IMG/VR virus record: IMGVR_UViG_3300034375_009028
DNA: 64,000 nucleotides
Strand: one strand, 5' to 3'
Source of the DNA: a virus
Taxonomy: Duplodnaviria > Caudoviricetes
Below, piece by piece: positions 57,252 through 64,000 of this stretch (position 1 is the first letter of the stretch; every line of letters begins with the position of its first letter). The position numbers and the translations under genes are program-made. The notes beneath the pieces were generated by a model. It was not told the origin of the DNA. It saw only the letters and a list, made by a program, of their open reading frames with translations, and searched no databases.

Positions 57252-58835
57252 TTAGAATTGTAATACAACTTTAATGTCTTCTCTTTGATTCACAGATCTT
57301 GTAATAGATGGTCTATTATCAACATAAATTATGTTTCCCGAATATTTTTCTACCTCTGGTAGAGCAACTCCATTTACAAAATTTTGCCCTAAATAATACG
57401 TCTTATTATTTATGACAGTACTTATACCTGGATTATTATTTTGACCAAATCCACTATCAATATATAGGTCACTAGAACCACCTACAATTTTCAACTCTCC
57501 ACCATCTGATACGCTAGATGTAAATTTGTTTATCGATAATCCATAGGTTGGTCTATCATTTATTGTTCCATCGGTGTTGAATCCAACTATAGACCTATCC
57601 TGCCAATACTTTAAAACTCCTGTCTGACTATCATAAGAAAGAACTCTACCAACAGCGGTCACTCCAGTACCAATTGTTTGGGTTATTATTGAATTTGGTT
57701 CATATCTTGTAGTTTTATAATCATCTTGGTTTGGTGCTAAACCAATAAGTTTTATAGCGTCTAAAGAAGTTACTCTATCATCAGTAAGTATTGTATTTGA
57801 ATTATAAGATAATGGATTTTTGATTATACCTATTCTAGATACTTTTGTTCCCGTAACAAAATCTGGATTCTGAACATCATTCTCTATTCGCGAATAGAGT
57901 AATACATTTGTAGAACCCAATTCCCTGTATACATCATATCCATGTCCATTTACTGGTGGGATAATAACATCAAACTTTGGAGATGATGCACCTAAAGGAA
58001 CAGAACCTTTAATTAAATCTACAGTACCAAAAGTGTAACCACTTCCACCCTTAGATATTGTAACAGATTCTACTTTTGCATCATTATTCACAACTATTGT
58101 ACATTCTGCTCCTGTACCATCACCAGATATTGGTACATTTGTATATGTCGTATTTGGTGGTCCAACTAAAAGACCTCTATCCTTTATAAAAATAGTTTTT
58201 AATTGACCACTAGATAATGCATTATTTCTAATATTAGTATATTCCGAATTTGATTCCCAATCAGTTGGAACTGGAATAAAATTTAAGGAGTCAAATTTTA
58301 CAATATCGTTTGGATTGATAGTATACAGATACTTCCAAACATATCCATCACCACTAGTTCCAGCAGATCTTGGCTCTAAATCTGTAAAATTTGGTTCATC
58401 TAGTGAGGGTTTTCCATTTGTATTTTCTGGATCCAATCCATTATTTAAACAAACATAAACCCTAAATTGACTATTAATTACATAAAAATTTGATGAATAT
58501 AAACTTGTTTTGTTGGACGGTCTAGAAAGATTTGTCCTAGAAATATCATGTCTGTATGAATCATAAATCGTTCCAGATTCCCATTGAATTTTTCTAACAA
58601 CGAGTCTTATGTCATCTGGTGATATTTTTTTTAATGCTATTAATGATTCCCAATATGAATTATCTTCATCGAAACAGTCTTTTGGGGAAATTGGATTACT
58701 ATCCCAAGAAGGACTTATAGAATCTGAATTTGGTAGTCCTACAAAAGTATAGTAAGACTGATTAGAATCTCGAATATCCTCCACAAAAGATTTGGCATTA
58801 TTTATTCTCAAGTAATCAGTTATGATTGCAGCCAT
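57252..58835 (-). CDS. gp8: Baseplate wedge subunit
   Basis: W.SG..YD.Y, DGYVWKYLY, SGNIIYVDNR...EDIKVVLQF. Confidence 0.88.
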   Translation of the reverse strand: MAAIITDYLRINNAKSFVEDIRDSNQSYYTFVGLPNSDSISPSWDSNPISPKDCFDEDNSYWESLIALKKISPDDIRLVVRKIQWESGTIYDSYRHDISRTNLSRPSNKTSLYSSNFYVINSQFRVYVCLNNGLDPENTNGKPSLDEPNFTDLEPRSAGTSGDGYVWKYLYTINPNDIVKFDSLNFIPVPTDWESNSEYTNIRNNALSSGQLKTIFIKDRGLLVGPPNTTYTNVPISGDGTGAECTIVVNNDAKVESVTISKGGSGYTFGTVDLIKGSVPLGASSPKFDVIIPPVNGHGYDVYRELGSTNVLLYSRIENDVQNPDFVTGTKVSRIGIIKNPLSYNSNTILTDDRVTSLDAIKLIGLAPNQDDYKTTRYEPNSIITQTIGTGVTAVGRVLSYDSQTGVLKYWQDRSIVGFNTDGTINDRPTYGLSINKFTSSVSDGGELKIVGGSSDLYIDSGFGQNNNPGISTVINNKTYYLGQNFVNGVALPEVEKYSGNIIYVDNRPSITRSVNQREDIKVVLQF

Positions 58836-58870
58836 TTCTAGTATCTAACTAAGATTTGTTTATTTATTTA

Positions 58871-61800
58871 TCAGACAAAATACCCATCATATTTTAGTGG
58901 GAGTTTTCTACGCAAAATTGGGTTTGTTCCTATACCAGATTGATTTTCAGAGAATGCAGTAAATGGTTTTGCTCTAAGTCTTCTTGTTAAATCAACTTTA
59001 CCCCAGACATAATTGCCAAACAATTCTACACTATTAAAACCAGTATTACTTGGATTCTGCCCAGGAGCTAAATTTGACAGTATAACAATAACATTTTTAA
59101 CTGTAGTTGTTATACCAACAGGTAATCCAGATATTCCAGATGGTATTGTAACTATTTTTTCTGACCAATCATAGCATTGAACTACCATATCAGTAAAAAT
59201 AGTTGATATTCCAACTGGATCTGGTAAAGGTCCAGTTTGTGCAGTAAATCCAGAAGGTAAAGAAACTCTACCTCCACTTGGATCTCCAAATACAGTATGT
59301 GTAATATTAAAATAATCTCCTGTAGTTATACCAACATCATACACTCCATTCTTTCTTAAATCCGAATCCATAGGAATAAATAAATCTAGTCCAAGGAAAT
59401 ATTGATTTGTTGATTCTGAAATTCTAGACGTGTCAAAACCAACTATTACTCCATAATCACCATAATAATTAACAAAAATTGATTCCTCAGTATTTCTCCA
59501 TGGTGGTGCAATTAAAATTGGAGGTGGTTCAATTTCATTTACAATAAACTTTATAGAGTTTTCTAAAGGCCATCTTCTATAAGAACTTGCAAGACCAACG
59601 TTATCATAAACTTTAAGTTCTAATATATCACCAACAGAATAATTGACTCCCTTATCATTAATTGATGTTAATGATGTAATGGAAGTTTCTGAATTGACCG
59701 ATATATCTACGGTTGCATTTCTTCCAACACCAGTTACCGTATGTAATTTTGCACTCGTCATTATGGTTTCGCCACCAAATAAAGGTGGAAATCCAGATCC
59801 TTGAGAATAAATTGATAGTGTCTTTATTGGTCCATTGTAATAATTTGTTCCCCCATAACTAACATTCACACTATTTACAGAAGATCCCGACATTAATGCA
59901 AAAGCAGTTGCTTGAGATCCATCTATAAATGGTTTTTGTATAGTTATTTCTGGTGCCGCTGTGTACCCAAATCCAGGATTTGTAACATTTATACTATCAA
60001 TTGTACCATTTGTATTTAAAACTACCTCTGCTTCTGCAGAAATGAGTTGATCTGTAGGTATAATCTCAATTCTTCTTTGTTCTGTTGGTTCTATACCTTC
60101 TCTTGAAATATTGAACAGTGATGTATCAAAAACATAAACATGTTCTGATGTTATTGCAATACTATTGAGTATATTTGTAGTTGGATTTATTATTGGTTCA
60201 TAATAAACTCTATCTTTACCAATAAAACTATTATCGATTATTATATCTTGTTCTTGCTTAATCCAACTAATAGGTCTCTCATATAATTCATCTAAAACAA
60301 CACCAACATTTGCATAATTATTAGTAATAATTGTATCAGCTGACTTCACATCTACAACAAGTCTTTCTTCTTGAGTAAGGTTGGAATCTACATCACTAAA
60401 AATCTGTACATTATCTCCTACTTTTACTGAAGGTAAAACTCTTACAAGTCGAACATCAATTTCTGATGTTCCAGTATATGCTAAAATCTTTACAGTATCA
60501 CCAACAGTACTAAATCCAACTAATTGACCTTTAGGTGCTTCTGTAAATCTGATTCTACTTCCACCATTAAACTGATAACCTTCTCCTGGAGTTTGTAGTA
60601 CATCATTTACAAATACCAATAGATTTGACTGTAAACTAATTCCAGAACTAGTTTTTGCATAGAATGATATATCTTCACCATCTATCTGTAATGGGAATAA
60701 TCTTCTTACTCCATTAAAATATTTGGAAATATCATCCAATATTATAAATTCACCAACGTTCCAACCAGAGAACTTTGATCTGAATACTTCTGTAACGTTT
60801 AATTCAAAATGTTCAAAATTTGATATGCCAGTTAATGTTGGTATGCCAACAGTTCCCCCAATAGAGACTGTAAGTAAATCATTTTCATTATATCCATATC
60901 CATAATTTTTAATCTCAAAAGAACGTATTGTTCCATCATTACTTGGAACCAAATCTACCGTTGCTTCTGTACCAATTCCACTAGAACCTTGTGAATATAT
61001 TAATGGCAAATTTGTATAACTTAAAGGTGCATCAAAAATAACTTCTGGTGGATTTGATTGATCATATCCTGATAGAGAATTAGTTATGTTTACAGAAGTT
61101 ACATATCCACCATTTACTACAGCTTCTCCAAAGTACACAATTGTATCAGAATCTGTTCTTACACCAACTTTTACTGTTTGTAAACCAGATCTATATCCAG
61201 ATCCAGTGTTACCAATAGCAACAGAGGTAAGAACGCCTAACGGATTAATTATTGCTGTTCCACCAGCACTTACTAGTGGTTGATATCCAAATCCTTCTGT
61301 AGATCCTACGCTAACTATTATACCACCTTTTGGTAAACGATTTACATTTACATCCTTAGTTATTGTTGGGTCTGTTGGATTCAAGTTAAATCCTACTTTT
61401 AAATTTCCACCATCAACAAAAAGTTTGTAGTCTCCATAAATGCTGTATTTTGGAGTGCTTATTCTTTGAGGTCCTTGGAATATACCATCAATTAAAAGAA
61501 TTGTATTTGTGTAAGGGATATTTGTAATATTATTTCCCTCATAACTTAAATTGAATGTTGTTGATATACCATTAAATTGTGTAGTAATATCATCATAAAC
61601 ATAGTTATTATCATATGCTTTGTCGAAATCGTTAGTGTATAAAAAGTTAAGTGCGGATCTTAAAAACACTCTCCCACTAAATTTTGAAGATGTGGTCAAT
61701 CCAGTATAGTCAATTTCATTTGCAGATGTTGCAGTAGTTCCAAATCCTACAGGTATTTTGCCCCATATTCCCTCTGAGAAGTTTAAATTATTACCAACAA

Positions 61801-64000
61801 TATTAAAATTACCAGAAAGTTTTGATATTATTTGATTGGAATTGTGAGTATCCTCTTTTGTTCCAACTACCGATCTATCAACATTAATTTGATTGAGTGA
61901 TTTATTTACAGATTTTACCAACACAATCTCATTATCAATTTCTAGTAAATCTCCAGACTTAATAAAGTCGATAGTATTTACTGATATATTTGTATCACCA
62001 ATTCCAATAGAACTTGAAGTTGCTATAGTATATCCAGATCCAACAAGTGGTGATTGAATAGCTCCATTTATTGTTATAAGTAGTCTATTATTTGCATCAA
62101 TAGATCTAATTCTATGAGTAACTCCAGCACCAACTCCTACAATATCTACTCTATTTGGGTTAAATTGTAAAGAATCACCTACTGTTGCTGCTATACTTAT
62201 TTTCTGATTATCTTCCTTAATAATATAGAATCTGGAAGGTAATCTTGATGTTATTCCTATTCCTGGCCAATTAATTGGAGATATTTGTATTCCATTGTTT
62301 GGATTTTCATCGTGTGGTATGTATTCAACCTCCTCACCACTAACGAAGTAGTGATTTCCTAAGTTTATATTGTTTTGATCTACAAGCACTACATTAGAGT
62401 CTGTTCCATCAAATTCAACCTCAAATATTGGATTATTCTTTTCAAAAATCCCAAATGATTTAGTGTTAGAATCAAACTGATCACTAATATCATCTATAGT
62501 TAAAACTCTGTTACCTATAAATTCTCTATACTCTGCCAAAAACGGTAAATTAAAAAGTATCTCATTAGATACAAGAGATTCATCTACTTTAATACTCTTT
62601 TCTCTGGCAATATCAAAATCTTTAACTGCATTAAGATTCACTGATTCTGTGAGATCTGATATTGCAACAACAACGTTATCATCTTGTTCTGTTGGCATTC
62701 TATAAAGATCATTATCAGATGGTTCCAAAATCAGATCACTGAATTTTTTAAATCCAACAGTATGTGTTAAATTACTAACCAGAGGATTCCAAACAGTAAA
62801 ATCTAATGGAGATTTTACCGAATATGAAAAATATTGATAATAATCATTGTCAGACAATCTTTGGAAAAATGTATTTAACTTACCAGTTTCTTTTTTCCAT
62901 CCCTCTCTAACTATACTGCTTGAAGATACTTTGTAATCTCCTTCAGATCCAAAGGCTGATGATATTAGTGCCAGATTTTTTGAAGATTGACCATAAATTA
63001 TATCTCCAGGTGAGAATTTTTTATTGGTTCTAATTTTTATATACTCATTGTTCTGGTCATATCTTTCCACAACTCCAACATTGTCTTCATATATGACTAA
63101 TTCATTTTCATTAAATGAACCCTTTTCTAGGGTAATATCAAAGATTGGAAAATATGATTCTGGTGTTGCTGTACCAAAAGATTCAAATTCATCATAAACT
63201 CCTGGAGATTCACCAACTTTAAGTACATCTGATATATTATATACAATAGAAGGAAACTCGCCACCGATGTTTGGATCTGATTGCTTAACTTTAAATAGAG
63301 AATATCCATATGATGAAGAGTTATAACCCTTTCCGCCAATATTTAAATCAATATTAGTATTTTCAATGATTACATTATCACCAACATTAAATGGAAAGTC
63401 TGAAGCATTTGCAAAAGTAACCGCAAATGCGACTGTAACATCATTAGTAATGCTATCAAACGTAATATTACTAATTCTAATTCCATTTGGATTATTTACT
63501 GGTAGTATTTTTGGTGTAACATTGTATAGCCCAGTAGTATTTCTAATAATATTTACTTCAGTATCTCCAATATCATATCTAAGTCTTGCTTCAGTATTAA
63601 CTCTTCCAGTGAATCCATCAATAACAACTAATTGTGGAGGTACAAAGTAATTTGTACCGAAAGATGATATTTTTATCTTTTTGAATTTTGATAACGGTTC
63701 TATTTTATATGTACTTGGGAAAATTGCAGATGGTCTTAATGTTTTATCTGAAGGATAGTCTAATCCAAGATTTAATAATTTTATATTATCTATCTTACCA
63801 ATTGACTTTGAAAATGGTAAGAAAATAGCTCCAGAACCCTGTGAAGATACTACTTTAGTAACATAGGGTAAAGTTCTATAGTTTCTTCCTTGTGATACTA
63901 AAGAGACTTCTGCTATTGGACCAGTACCATAAATGGATTTGTATGTAATTATTCCATCATTTTCACTATATGAAGATTGTTCTGGATCAGAGTCTAGTGG
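58871..64000 (-). CDS. Large baseplate wedge protein (gp7-like); 5' end lies outside the window
   Basis: I translated 63071-64000 codon by codon: open in frame, with no ATG/GTG/TTG. Contains DNDYYQYFSYS, HTVGFKKF and G.GY..P repeats; directly upstream of gp8. Confidence 0.8.
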   Translation of the reverse strand, partial: PLDSDPEQSSYSENDGIITYKSIYGTGPIAEVSLVSQGRNYRTLPYVTKVVSSQGSGAIFLPFSKSIGKIDNIKLLNLGLDYPSDKTLRPSAIFPSTYKIEPLSKFKKIKISSFGTNYFVPPQLVVIDGFTGRVNTEARLRYDIGDTEVNIIRNTTGLYNVTPKILPVNNPNGIRISNITFDSITNDVTVAFAVTFANASDFPFNVGDNVIIENTNIDLNIGGKGYNSSSYGYSLFKVKQSDPNIGGEFPSIVYNISDVLKVGESPGVYDEFESFGTATPESYFPIFDITLEKGSFNENELVIYEDNVGVVERYDQNNEYIKIRTNKKFSPGDIIYGQSSKNLALISSAFGSEGDYKVSSSSIVREGWKKETGKLNTFFQRLSDNDYYQYFSYSVKSPLDFTVWNPLVSNLTHTVGFKKFSDLILEPSDNDLYRMPTEQDDNVVVAISDLTESVNLNAVKDFDIAREKSIKVDESLVSNEILFNLPFLAEYREFIGNRVLTIDDISDQFDSNTKSFGIFEKNNPIFEVEFDGTDSNVVLVDQNNINLGNHYFVSGEEVEYIPHDENPNNGIQISPINWPGIGITSRLPSRFYIIKEDNQKISIAATVGDSLQFNPNRVDIVGVGAGVTHRIRSIDANNRLLITINGAIQSPLVGSGYTIATSSSIGIGDTNISVNTIDFIKSGDLLEIDNEIVLVKSVNKSLNQINVDRSVVGTKEDTHNSNQIISKLSGNFNIVGNNLNFSEGIWGKIPVGFGTTATSANEIDYTGLTTSSKFSGRVFLRSALNFLYTNDFDKAYDNNYVYDDITTQFNGISTTFNLSYEGNNITNIPYTNTILLIDGIFQGPQRISTPKYSIYGDYKLFVDGGNLKVGFNLNPTDPTITKDVNVNRLPKGGIIVSVGSTEGFGYQPLVSAGGTAIINPLGVLTSVAIGNTGSGYRSGLQTVKVGVRTDSDTIVYFGEAVVNGGYVTSVNITNSLSGYDQSNPPEVIFDAPLSYTNLPLIYSQGSSGIGTEATVDLVPSNDGTIRSFEIKNYGYGYNENDLLTVSIGGTVGIPTLTGISNFEHFELNVTEVFRSKFSGWNVGEFIILDDISKYFNGVRRLFPLQIDGEDISFYAKTSSGISLQSNLLVFVNDVLQTPGEGYQFNGGSRIRFTEAPKGQLVGFSTVGDTVKILAYTGTSEIDVRLVRVLPSVKVGDNVQIFSDVDSNLTQEERLVVDVKSADTIITNNYANVGVVLDELYERPISWIKQEQDIIIDNSFIGKDRVYYEPIINPTTNILNSIAITSEHVYVFDTSLFNISREGIEPTEQRRIEIIPTDQLISAEAEVVLNTNGTIDSINVTNPGFGYTAAPEITIQKPFIDGSQATAFALMSGSSVNSVNVSYGGTNYYNGPIKTLSIYSQGSGFPPLFGGETIMTSAKLHTVTGVGRNATVDISVNSETSITSLTSINDKGVNYSVGDILELKVYDNVGLASSYRRWPLENSIKFIVNEIEPPPILIAPPWRNTEESIFVNYYGDYGVIVGFDTSRISESTNQYFLGLDLFIPMDSDLRKNGVYDVGITTGDYFNITHTVFGDPSGGRVSLPSGFTAQTGPLPDPVGISTIFTDMVVQCYDWSEKIVTIPSGISGLPVGITTTVKNVIVILSNLAPGQNPSNTGFNSVELFGNYVWGKVDLTRRLRAKPFTAFSENQSGIGTNPILRRKLPLKYDGYFV

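Noticed and set aside
58871-63070. Apparent gene start at 63070 and an intergenic gap to the window end
   Set aside because: The frame is open to 64000 with no start codons; this is an ORF-caller edge artefact.
475-63650. Many 60-185 aa antisense or alternate-frame ORFs in the track (e.g. 19473..20027, 15386..15874, 29704..30165)
   Set aside because: They lie fully opposite or inside well-supported core genes, with no SD or motifs; consistent with shadow ORFs.
1-64000. tRNA, CRISPR array, IS/transposase, DGR, photosynthesis AMGs
   Set aside because: No cloverleafs, spaced direct repeats, transposase, RT or psbA/hli-like ORFs were recognised in this window.

Overview
A 64-kb segment of a T4-like cyanomyovirus (marine Synechococcus/Prochlorococcus-type phage), with almost all genes on the minus strand. 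Read in the direction of transcription it contains: baseplate genes (gp7-like, open to the right edge; gp8), a 2572-aa VrlC/DUF4815-like virion protein, neck/terminase/tail/head genes (gp13-gp23, gp3), uvsY/uvsW/gp55/gp47/gp46, a vWA-protease + MoxR(CobS)-like ATPase pair, clamp/clamp-loader genes with interspersed denV-like and dam genes, regA, hsp20, gp43, uvsX, gp41, and a glycan-tailoring cluster running off the left edge. No tRNA, CRISPR, intron or intein was seen. The strongest unexpected signals are: (1) a complete dnaX/IS-type programmed -1 frameshift signal (GGAGG, 9 nt, A_AAA_AAG, 5 nt, 8-bp hairpin) joining two ORFs between gp16 and gp17; (2) an opposite-strand cassette (GT25-like + two cobalamin-binding radical SAM paralogues) with its own late-promoter motif, inserted in the head operon; (3) a PD-(D/E)XK-like nuclease gene overlapping dam; (4) several regulatory elements (a repeated upstream motif, a strong antisense sigma70 promoter at gp55, an SD-occluding hairpin at hsp20, a candidate late sRNA). 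All functional calls come from motif recognition by eye, with no database searches.
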